Translations under genes and position numbers: made by a program
NCBI GenBank assembly: GCA_963816145.1
Contig: CAWFJP010000011.1
Coordinates: forward strand, 160,001 to 224,000
Length of the DNA stretch: 64,000 nt
Source of the DNA: an uncultured delta proteobacterium
GTDB lineage: Bacteria; Desulfobacterota; Binatia; UBA9968
Direction: 5' to 3'
Notes under the pieces: model-generated
What the model was told of the DNA's origin: nothing
Databases searched by the model: none
What the model saw: only the letters and a program-made list of their open reading frames with translations
In this document: in pieces, positions 55,940 through 64,000 of the stretch
Layout of the letters: every line of letters begins with the position of its first letter
How positions within the stretch are numbered: the stretch's first letter is position 1

Positions 55940-56533
55940 CTAGCTCCACGCACGCAGCAGCGGCGCGCACTCCTTCGCCAGCGCTTCGCGCGCCCGGTTC
56001 AAGCGCGATTTGACCGTGTTGATCGGAATCTCCAGAATCCCCGCCGCATCTTCATAGGAGGCGCCTTGAATCGTGATCAGCGTGATGATTTCGCAATGCT
56101 CGTGGCTCAGCCGGTTCAAGGCGGCCTGCAGATAGGTCCAGAACTCTTTCTTGGCCAATGAATCCTCGGGGTCGGAGGGATCGGGGATCTCAGGCACAAA
56201 GTCGCAGTCCCCTGGCGGGTCGCTGAAAATATTTTTCTCTCTGGCGCGATTTGCGCGCGCATCCTTGGCGTGATTGACGGCGATCCGATAGACCCAGGTC
56301 TTGAAGCTCGAATTGCCCTTAAACTGGCGGATCGATTTGTAAGCTAAGATGAACACTTCGTGCGCCACTTCGGCGGCTGCCTCTGGGTTGCCGCCCAGCA
56401 TGCGGTAAACCAGATTGTAAATCGTTTTCTGATGGCGTCGGACCAAGACTTCGAAGACATCAACCTGTCCCTTTTGAATTTTTTGGACACAATCCCAATC
56501 CGTAACGCCGGCCAAGGCTTCGGTCTCATCCAT
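55940..56533 (-). CDS. ECF RNA polymerase sigma-70 factor
   Basis: FEVLVRRHQ, FKGNSSFKTWVYRIAVN, SYEDAAGILEIPINTVKSRLNRAR. Confidence 0.93.
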   Translation of the reverse strand: MDETEALAGVTDWDCVQKIQKGQVDVFEVLVRRHQKTIYNLVYRMLGGNPEAAAEVAHEVFILAYKSIRQFKGNSSFKTWVYRIAVNHAKDARANRAREKNIFSDPPGDCDFVPEIPDPSDPEDSLAKKEFWTYLQAALNRLSHEHCEIITLITIQGASYEDAAGILEIPINTVKSRLNRAREALAKECAPLLRAWS

Positions 56534-56638
56534 ATTGGACCCACAAATCGCAAAGATGTTCCCGGTCTTGACCGCAACATCTTCGGGGTGCTTCTAACCA
56601 ATTCAGCTAAGCCCGTCAACGGACCGCGCCGGAGCCAT

Positions 56639-57028
56639 CTATTCATTGCCGTCTGCGACTATCCTACGAAAATGGCCGATCCGCCCCTTGTCGAGATGGA
56701 CGGTTACAAGCTGATCTTCGCTCACCGCTACTCTAAGGGCGCTTTTCCTAACCACTCCTAAGCTTGCTCCGACACCCTTTTCTTGGAGCAGGTTGTTTAG
56801 CTCGCCGACCACATTCTCCGCCTCGGGCGACACGGAATCCCGCCAAGCCAGCTCGACCACATCCGGCTCGATGAAGCGGTAATAGCCGCCCATATGATAC
56901 GCGCCGCCGAACATCGCCATGCGCACGCTGCCATCGGCGCGATACTCCATGGTGTCCGCAGGATTACCGGACACCGGTGCCCATATACCGATGAGGAGAG
57001 TCTCGAAATTGTCGTTGGCGTTGACCAT
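56639..57028 (-). CDS. Hypothetical protein (lipocalin-like beta fold possible)
   Basis: RBS AGGAG; LLIGIW...MEYRADG...G.Y pattern. Confidence 0.65.
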   Translation of the reverse strand: MVNANDNFETLLIGIWAPVSGNPADTMEYRADGSVRMAMFGGAYHMGGYYRFIEPDVVELAWRDSVSPEAENVVGELNNLLQEKGVGASLGVVRKSALRVAVSEDQLVTVHLDKGRIGHFRRIVADGNE

Positions 57029-57084
57029 GAATTGTCTCCTTTCCTATGGCAGTTAGCGACGGCGCCTCGGCGACCTTATGGGTC

Positions 57085-57306
57085 CTACCTACTCTCGGCA
57101 AGGACAGCGAAATAGATCATCGCCGCGCCTGTATAGAGCGCGATCGCGCCCTTATCCAATGTCTGCAAACCCAATAGGCAATCTAAACCGCTGGCTACCG
57201 CAATGGCCCCAAGCCCGATGGCGTGGGCTTCCAGCCTAGAATACCTTTTTGCAAAATTCGCCAGCATAACAGGCGCAACCTTGCTCTCTAACGGTTGGTC
57301 ATTCAT
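57085..57306 (-). CDS. Small membrane hypothetical protein
   Basis: RBS GAGGAGG; two hydrophobic segments. Confidence 0.55.
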   Translation of the reverse strand: MNDQPLESKVAPVMLANFAKRYSRLEAHAIGLGAIAVASGLDCLLGLQTLDKGAIALYTGAAMIYFAVLAESR

Positions 57307-57483
57307 ATCGTTCCTCCTCAAATTGTGTGGGCTTCCACGTCCGTTAGAGCGGTGCCGACTGGAAATGTTCCCGCTACCTAAGAATTATCGCAGTAGCGAT
57401 TTTGTCGCCCGATCAGGGAACATATTTGCTCGCTGCATCTCTAAGCGCAGTGACCGCAAATTGTCCAAATCGGAGGGAGCGCG

Positions 57484-57891
57484 ATGAATTTCAAACGCTT
57501 TATCGCCACTTGGCTATTGGCAGGGGCCAGCGTTGTGATGATTGCGCCGGCTGGTGTTCAGGCCCAGATGGCCGCAGACATAGAGTGGTTATGGTGCAAT
57601 CGCATGCGGGAGTCGCTGGTGCGCAACTATCGAGCCGTGGAACGCATGAGGGCCAGGCACCAGGCGGGCATCAACACTCTACGCGCCGAGCACCAATTGC
57701 CCGCAACCAGAAATCTAGAGCAGTGGTATTGGAAAAAGGTAGAGGCACTATTTCAACAGAGACGCGCGCTCGACGCCGAGTACAACGGGCTGAATATCCG
57801 TCCCGATGCACCGAGCCCAGGCCGAAAGGCTCCCCCTGCCGCAGCGCCCGCAGCCACGACCGAACGAAACTTGGCGCTATCCACCTTATGA
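57484..57891 (+). CDS. Exported helical hypothetical protein
   Basis: RBS GGAGG; signal peptide ending VQA. Confidence 0.65.
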   Translation: MNFKRFIATWLLAGASVVMIAPAGVQAQMAADIEWLWCNRMRESLVRNYRAVERMRARHQAGINTLRAEHQLPATRNLEQWYWKKVEALFQQRRALDAEYNGLNIRPDAPSPGRKAPPAAAPAATTERNLALSTL

Positions 57892-58100
57892 ACGTTATCC
57901 CGAGGCCACATGATCCTTTCCGTCCGGAGGCGCGAGGATAGGCATATGATGTCGCCGGTCAACGAGCGTTACAGATCTAACGTTGGGGGTAAAATTTCCG
58001 TGGCGTGGTTTGCCTGTTTGTCTTATGTTGAAACGAGTTGATTTGTGGCCTTGCTTAAAGACTGAGCCAGCTTTCGAGGCTTTAACTTTAGGGAAATCAT

Positions 58101-58478
58101 ATGTCGCTCATTGTTCTTTTCGGCGCTGTGGCAACGATCGACCTTGGCATTCTGATTATGGGCGGCCAGTGGATGCAGAGAGCGGTCATCGCCAATCTCT
58201 TTGGTCTTGCGTTCGGCGCAGGAGCGGCACTAGCTGTCGGCCTGCTCAACGCAGTGTCCGGTTGGGTGTGGAGTTCCTGGGCTCTACCCTGGATGCTGGG
58301 CTCAAGCTTCCTCGCTCTTATGGATATGGGTTATCGCTACTTGGGCATCCGACCCAAGCAGGCGCGGCCGGTGGATCAAGCGAATGAACCCTCAGGCGCC
58401 TTGCAAGAATTATTGGCTCACGCCCGCTCGAGGCGCCTCTGTGATAATTTTTTCCCGCATGGCTACTGGCAGGTCTGA
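58101..58478 (+). CDS. Membrane hypothetical protein
   Basis: Three hydrophobic segments; the 3' end may be frameshifted. Confidence 0.5.
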   Translation: MSLIVLFGAVATIDLGILIMGGQWMQRAVIANLFGLAFGAGAALAVGLLNAVSGWVWSSWALPWMLGSSFLALMDMGYRYLGIRPKQARPVDQANEPSGALQELLAHARSRRLCDNFFPHGYWQV

Positions 58479-58555
58479 TGGCCGTCGTCTTTGCCGTGCT
58501 GAGCGTCCGTGACCTGCTGTGGCAGGCCACATAAGCCGTTCCTGGATGAAGGAGT

Positions 58556-58828
58556 ATGCTGATGAACCTCTGGTATATCGTCTTGCCGAGTCTATGCTTT
58601 ATCGCCTCAACTCAGTTGCCTGCATGGGCGGATATTGCCCGGCCTCCTCCCCCGGGCGACCAGGGGACCGCTATCGCGGCGATTCTAGTGCTGGCGGCTT
58701 GCGTCTTTGGGGGTCTTTGGGTTGCGCGCAGGATCAGGCGCAAAAATTCGCCAACGGACCACAAACTCGCTAAGGGAATACCGCTGGAGACCATTTCCGA
58801 TGCGCGGCCGCCCTCCGAATCAGTCTGA
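58556..58828 (+). CDS. Small exported protein: signal peptide-ADIARPPPP-TM-basic tail
   Basis: RBS AAGGAG; AWA|DIARPPPP, TM helix, RRIRRK. Confidence 0.7.
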   Translation: MLMNLWYIVLPSLCFIASTQLPAWADIARPPPPGDQGTAIAAILVLAACVFGGLWVARRIRRKNSPTDHKLAKGIPLETISDARPPSESV

Positions 58829-59853
58829 GTGGGGGAGCGTCACTTGCGGGTCTCGTATCGGATAACTCAGAGTCCGCGTAATTCCGCGATACGGTTCGCG
58901 CCAATCCTGGGACTTTCCGTGATGCTGTTGACCGCGAGCTTGGCCGCCTGGGCTCCGCTAAGTTTTTCCATCGCCATCGTCGGTTTATTTGCCGCGCCGC
59001 ACAACTGGATGGAAGCGCGCTATTTTTTAACCCGCCTGCCGAGTCGATGGCGCCCGCTGCGAGAATACTTCCTCGTGGCTATACAGGCGCTATTTGCTTA
59101 GGGGTCATTTTTGCGGCGCTGCCTTGGTTTGCTCAGGTCAACGAGTGGGACGACCGGAGTTTCACGACCTCGTGGACGGTGTGGAGCTGCGCCATGATCG
59201 CGTGGGTGGCGATGCTGATACAGATGCGCAGTCGGCAGAAACCGCGCCGGGATTGGACTTGGACAGTTCCGGCCGCTCTTGTTCTTGCCGGGATCGCGTC
59301 CTATGCGCCGGATCTTTGGGGCGTAGTGTTGGTTTATTTGCATCCGTTGATCGGGTTTTGGATACTCGATCGGGAACTGCGCCGACGAGCGGCGTGGCGC
59401 CGAGTGTTTCACCGTTGCCTGTTTTGCCTGCCCGCTGTTTTAGCGCTGATGTGGTACGCGCTGGCAGACGCACCGGCTCTCGGCGAGGTCAACGAAAATT
59501 TGTTGACCTTGAGGGTCGTGGAGCATGCGGGAGCGGCAGTGCTGCCGGCAATATCCTCGCATCTTTTAGTCGCCACTCACGCCTACCTGGAAGTACTACA
59601 TTATCTAGTCTGGCTCGTTTTGATTCCGCCCAGCTGCCGAGCTGCGCCTTTTAGTATGGCCGGCGTGCCACTGGCACGCCGTTCTCCGACCCTGTGCCGC
59701 GTGCTCGCAGCGCTGCTTGCCGCGGGCGTGCTGCTAGTAATATTTTTCTGGTTCGGGTTCTCGGTTGATTACGCGGCTACCCGCGATCTTTATTTCTCTC
59801 TAGCCATCTTTCACGTCCTCGCGGAAATTCCTTTCTTGCTGCGGGCATTGTAG
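58829..59853 (+). CDS. Polytopic membrane protein with several intramembrane His motifs; frameshift near 59095
   Basis: FAAPHNWMEARY in the first frame; YLHP, THAYLEVLHY and FHVLAE in the second. Confidence 0.65.
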
Positions 59854-59930
59854 CGATCGCGCGAAGACTTCCAGCTCAGCGACATAGTTTCTTGGCGACT
59901 GGTTGCCAGACAATCGAACTAAACGCGCTC

Positions 59931-60737
59931 TTAACTGTTGCAGATAATGGCCAAAATTGCTTCAGGCGCTTGGTATTCGATTTGCTGTATGACTTTCCCG
60001 CATGGAATAGCGTCGATATGCCACGTCAGCGAATGGCGCCGGTCCCGGGCCCAATTGCCTTCGACGATCAAAGCCGAGTAGGTATTGGTTTTTTCGACGC
60101 GAGCCTCTTTCAGAAGAAACTTCTGAGCAGACTGTCGGTCGTTAAGATACGCCAACTCCGTGACAAGGGGAGTCACACGTTCTAAGTCAGGTTTTTTGAG
60201 GGATCCCGCAGGGGAGCTCAAGAGACCTTTGAACCGTTGCAAAAGCGCGTCATCGAGAGTGTCTCGCCCATCGCCATGCATGGAAAAACGCAGAAAGACA
60301 TCTTGTCGCGCGGGCGGCTTGAGAATGATGTAAGGACTTGCCGGGAATGATGTATCCATGTCTGGCCTTGAACTGGCATACCCCTGCCATGAGGTCCAAT
60401 CGGAGGGTATGGTTACACTGGCGATGCGGCCGCTGTCTCGCAGGACTGTGGTGCGCCGCGCTCGATCCTCGGATACCTGCCGGCACCATACCTCTTGCCA
60501 AACCGATGCGCCGTAACCGCTACAGACGTGACTGTAGCCCTGTTCAGCTAGCTGGTCACAGTCTTTACGCCCCTGGAAAGAGGAAGTGCAGGCGCGGCAC
60601 TCTTGTCCACGATTTTGGTGAGCTGGGATAGTGCATCGCTCGACATATCCCGGCCTCGGCGCAATGTCGCCGAAAGCGAGAGTAAATTCCATTGCTGTTA
60701 GAAACAGCCCGAGCGCAATAGGTCGCTCCCATCTCAT
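59931..60737 (-). CDS. Exported Cys-rich protein (mature N-terminus DIAPRP)
   Basis: RBS GAGGAGG; signal peptide AFG|DIAP; six-Cys N-terminal domain ending EVWC. Confidence 0.75.
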   Translation of the reverse strand: MRWERPIALGLFLTAMEFTLAFGDIAPRPGYVERCTIPAHQNRGQECRACTSSFQGRKDCDQLAEQGYSHVCSGYGASVWQEVWCRQVSEDRARRTTVLRDSGRIASVTIPSDWTSWQGYASSRPDMDTSFPASPYIILKPPARQDVFLRFSMHGDGRDTLDDALLQRFKGLLSSPAGSLKKPDLERVTPLVTELAYLNDRQSAQKFLLKEARVEKTNTYSALIVEGNWARDRRHSLTWHIDAIPCGKVIQQIEYQAPEAILAIICNS

Positions 60738-60746
60738 AAAACCTCC

Positions 60747-61088
60747 TCAAGGCCAGCCAAACAGAATCTGACAGATCAAACCGAGGGTATAACTGGAGCC
60801 GTTGGCAATCAGCGACCAGTTAAACGCTCGCGGCACGCCGAGCAGACGAAGGTAAAACCACTCGGCTACCACAGCGCCAGCTTCGGATATAGCTATCATT
60901 GCCCAGTAATGCTCCGAGCCAAAAGACGTGATCGACCACCAAACGAGCGGATGAGTCAGCAAGCTAGCGCCAAACGCGCCAACAAGGCGTACCGGCCAAC
61001 CGAAGCTCTGCAGCGCGAGGCTGTAAATCGGCACTTCGATCATCTCTGTCAGTAGAAAGGCTTGCAGCCATTGACGATCAAACCACAT
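60747..61088 (-). CDS. Small 4-TM membrane protein
   Basis: LTEMIEVP, ASLLTHP, SEAGAVVAE, SLIANGSSY; ends 9 nt before the next gene. Confidence 0.7.
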   Translation of the reverse strand: MWFDRQWLQAFLLTEMIEVPIYSLALQSFGWPVRLVGAFGASLLTHPLVWWSITSFGSEHYWAMIAISEAGAVVAEWFYLRLLGVPRAFNWSLIANGSSYTLGLICQILFGWP

Positions 61089-61790
61089 GATCGCTTTCGT
61101 CTGAGTTTCTCTTAAAATTTGGATGCGGCCCTGCAAATCTCGGTGGAGACTCTCCAGTTGCAGGGCACACTCCAAAGAATATGGGAAACGAAAATCCCGC
61201 TGCGCCGATTCGACCATGCTTTATACTATGACCCTCCTGCCAGACCACAGGTAATCACACTTGCTGATGGACTCTTCCTGGCTTAACTCGCTCTCGTGTG
61301 TCCATATCGCGTTATAGCAGCTAGTCGTCGTTGGACTCGCCAAGAGGGGAAATGTTCCCGACTTCTCTCCATTGCAACGCCTGTGACTGATGCCGGATGT
61401 GAGCGATGGCAGCATATCCGATCCAGGCAACTACGTCGAAAATTGGATCGGCGGCACGGCATCGCCCTGGTGCAGCGTCGACCTCGTCCACCCAAGAATC
61501 GCTCCGCAAACTATTCGAACTATTCACCGCCTAGTCAATCATTTAGCTTGGTTTTGTCATTCGCGCGATGCTCGTGATTTTGACGGACTAAGGATCGATG
61601 TGGCACATTATCGCCCGGCGGTTGCCTATTTAGCTATCTCGCGAACCGGGAATAATGAACCGCCGAGGAGCGAACAGAGACTTGAAGGTTTTTTAAGAAT
61701 TTGGTACTGCGCAGCCTCGTAATACCACAATAAATGGGGCCGCGAGCAGGCTAAACCTCTGAGTGTAAGCCATAGGTCAACGGAGGCACG

Positions 61791-62219
61791 ATGACACTGG
61801 CAAAAAAGATCGGATTGATTGTGGTCGGCTACCTGGCCATCGGAGGTTTAGTCGGGCTTACCCAACTAGGGATGTCAAGCCTTCTCGCGACGCCTTCCTG
61901 CAACGGAATCCCCGTTCATACCCTTCTGAACAATTTTCGCAGGAACATGGCTGTCGACGATCTGCCAAACAACCGCATGCAGCGGCCCGAGTCCCTAGTG
62001 AGTTACGCCCTCAGGTTTAGCCGCAGCCTGGCGCTGTGGCTGCCGAATCACCTCAAGGAGCTCAGCGCCGGCAATATGACTCTGCTGAACTATTCGGTCG
62101 GAGGGCTACGATGCATGAACTATCCAGGCACACCTTCGCCTGAAAGTTCGGCGTCGAAGGAATCAGAAAATAGCGCTCCAGGCGAGCCGGAGATCACCAA
62201 GCACGATGTTTGGAAATAG
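61791..62219 (+). CDS. Membrane-anchored protein, paralog of 53867..54115
   Basis: RBS GGAGG; IVVGYLAIG...SC...LALWLPNHL...GN...NY....RC. Confidence 0.7.
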   Translation: MTLAKKIGLIVVGYLAIGGLVGLTQLGMSSLLATPSCNGIPVHTLLNNFRRNMAVDDLPNNRMQRPESLVSYALRFSRSLALWLPNHLKELSAGNMTLLNYSVGGLRCMNYPGTPSPESSASKESENSAPGEPEITKHDVWK

Positions 62220-62294
62220 CAAAATATTTCACGCGTCAAAACAGACAGGGGTTATGGCTGTAGTTTCGCAACTACAACAAAGAAAGGGAAAACC

Positions 62295-63323
62295 ATGATT
62301 AATCAAATTTTAACCTCATGCGCCCGAGTCCGGTGCAGCCAGTTGCCAAGGCGGCCCGCTTTTGGCGTCGACGAAACCCACGGGAGAGTCACGTCGGTCG
62401 CTTTGGCCATGCTGTGCACACTTGTAATCACCTTGACCGCTTCGTTATCGGCGGCGTTGGCACAGTCGCGTTATTCGGCTGAAGGCGCCAATCAGTTTGC
62501 CCGCGCACAGGACTGGAACGGACTTGGTCGGTACGCGACCGCCTGGACCAAGGCGGAGCCCAACAATCCAATCGCGTGGAACTACCTCGGCAACAACTAC
62601 GCGATAGGACTACGGCAGCCCGAGGCGGCGATCCCGGCGTTCCAGCAGGTCGTGCGACTCGACCCTAACCGGCACAGCGCCTGGGGAGCCCTTGGCGCGC
62701 AATTTATAAAGGTGAGGCGGTTCGAAGCCGCGATCAACGCTCTCAAGCGGGCGACCGAACTCGAACCACGTAAATCCTCCTATTGGAACAACCTCGCCGT
62801 CGCCTACCAGGAGACGAATAAGATCAATCTCGCGCTCGCCGCACTCGACAACAACATGAAGCTAGCAGCACCGCACGGAACGTGGACCGACTGGCACAAC
62901 CTGGGGATCGCGTACAGAAATCTAGGCAAAGAGCGAGACCGGCAAAACAAAGCCGTCATCGCGCTGGGCCAGTCCGTGAAGCTCAATCCGCGCAATGGCG
63001 AAGGCTGGAATAGCCTCGGCGTGGCTTACCAGACTTTGTCCAGGTATGACGAGGCGCTCCGGAGCTACAAGCAAGCGGAAGCCCTCGGGAATCGCTACGC
63101 ACGTGCGAACTACGATAATCTTAAAGCTGGCCTCGCCGCAGCGGCCGCAGCCGCGGCAAACATGGGAAGCGACAACAGTCCTAGTGATAGCGGCGGAAAC
63201 CCATGCTACGGCTATGAGGGTGGCGCAGCGGCCGCCTGCCGTGAAGGCAACAAAGTGGCAATGGACCGTTACCAGAACCATCAACAAACCGAGGAAGACA
63301 AGCGGAAGTATGGTGTCAAATGA
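62295..63323 (+). CDS. TPR-repeat protein, exported
   Basis: Hydrophobic leader and repeats AWNYLG, AWGALG, YWNNLA, WHNLG, GWNSLG. Confidence 0.88.
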   Translation: MINQILTSCARVRCSQLPRRPAFGVDETHGRVTSVALAMLCTLVITLTASLSAALAQSRYSAEGANQFARAQDWNGLGRYATAWTKAEPNNPIAWNYLGNNYAIGLRQPEAAIPAFQQVVRLDPNRHSAWGALGAQFIKVRRFEAAINALKRATELEPRKSSYWNNLAVAYQETNKINLALAALDNNMKLAAPHGTWTDWHNLGIAYRNLGKERDRQNKAVIALGQSVKLNPRNGEGWNSLGVAYQTLSRYDEALRSYKQAEALGNRYARANYDNLKAGLAAAAAAAANMGSDNSPSDSGGNPCYGYEGGAAAACREGNKVAMDRYQNHQQTEEDKRKYGVK

Positions 63324-63394
63324 TCGGTTCGCAATCGTCCGACCGCCGACTGTGGTTTTTCGGTCATCTCGTGAGTACCCGAAGGAGGTGTCCC

Positions 63395-64000
63395 GTGACT
63401 CAAATAAGGACTTTGATCTTCGGTTTTTTCTTGCTGACCGGAGTAACCGGCGTTGTCTTACCAGACCATGCTGATGCCGCCTCCTGTGATGCCCTTGTCG
63501 GTAAATGGGCCTGGTTTATCGGCGGCGAAGTGACGGTCAATCCGGATGGAACATTCACGCAGCAGTCGGGTAATGCCGGAACCTGGCAATGTACAGATCC
63601 TGCCCGCGGAAGGTTCACTCTGCGGTGGCGAGACGGTGGCTTCGTCAATAGCTTAGCCCTCTCGCCGGATGGGCGAGGTCTCACCAGCACGGATCAATCC
63701 CAGTGGTATGTCACTGCACGAAGATCAGCTGCGGCGCCAACTCTCCCGCAGCTCGTTCGGAAAGACAATTGCTGCCAGGAAAATTACGGCTGCGAAACGA
63801 AGAGGATCGAAGCCGAGTTCACGAAGAAAATGGCAACCTGCCATTTTCCCGGTAACTCCGGCTGCATCTCGGAAGCTACGAGCAGGAAAGCCTCACAGCT
63901 TAAAGCGGCCAATGAACAGCTCCGCATGTGCAACCGCACGGCAAGCGGTGCGGTCACGCGTCAGGCACCGCCGACCGGCAGCGCGTCGTTCCCCGCGAGC
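63395..64000 (+). CDS. Exported hypothetical protein (runs off window)
   Basis: RBS AAGGAGG and GTG start; signal peptide, SCDALVGKWAWF..GEVTVNPDGTF...GTW, then a Cys-rich segment; frame appears open to the window end. Confidence 0.75.
   Translation, partial: MTQIRTLIFGFFLLTGVTGVVLPDHADAASCDALVGKWAWFIGGEVTVNPDGTFTQQSGNAGTWQCTDPARGRFTLRWRDGGFVNSLALSPDGRGLTSTDQSQWYVTARRSAAAPTLPQLVRKDNCCQENYGCETKRIEAEFTKKMATCHFPGNSGCISEATSRKASQLKAANEQLRMCNRTASGAVTRQAPPTGSASFPAS

Noticed and set aside
57284-57349. Second attC (CTCTAACGG...CCGTTAGAG)
   Set aside because: Only the outer 9 bp pair, there are no L boxes, and it overlaps a gene start.

Overview
Bacterial chromosomal segment whose gene content suggests a Deltaproteobacteria/Binatota-like organism (inference only). 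It has three zones. (1) 1-8.5 kb is a decaying integrative island on the 5' side of tRNA-Thr(CGT), with an IS21 end, a large membrane patatin-like phospholipase, an excisionase-like HTH, an amber-interrupted tyrosine integrase, and a higBA module lying between two 296-bp copies of the integrase 3' end. (2) 8.7-44.8 kb is core and metabolic: NahE-like aldolase, dihydroorotase-family amidohydrolase, Fe3+-type ABC components, an NtrC-type regulator, a ~9.6 kb histidine kinase with 17 tandem GAF modules, glnE, lpxA and yacG. Its intergenic DNA is dense with REP-like palindromes and 7/9-nt tandem repeats; one palindrome is split exactly by a 3'-truncated group II intron and another by a nested repeat. 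(3) From a tRNA-Gly 3'-half att site at ~44.9 kb to the window end is a second island of TPR, secreted and membrane proteins, an ECF sigma/anti-sigma pair, NADAR and kinase remnants, an IS21 end and an orphan attC site. Many frameshifts look like assembly indel errors rather than true pseudogenes.
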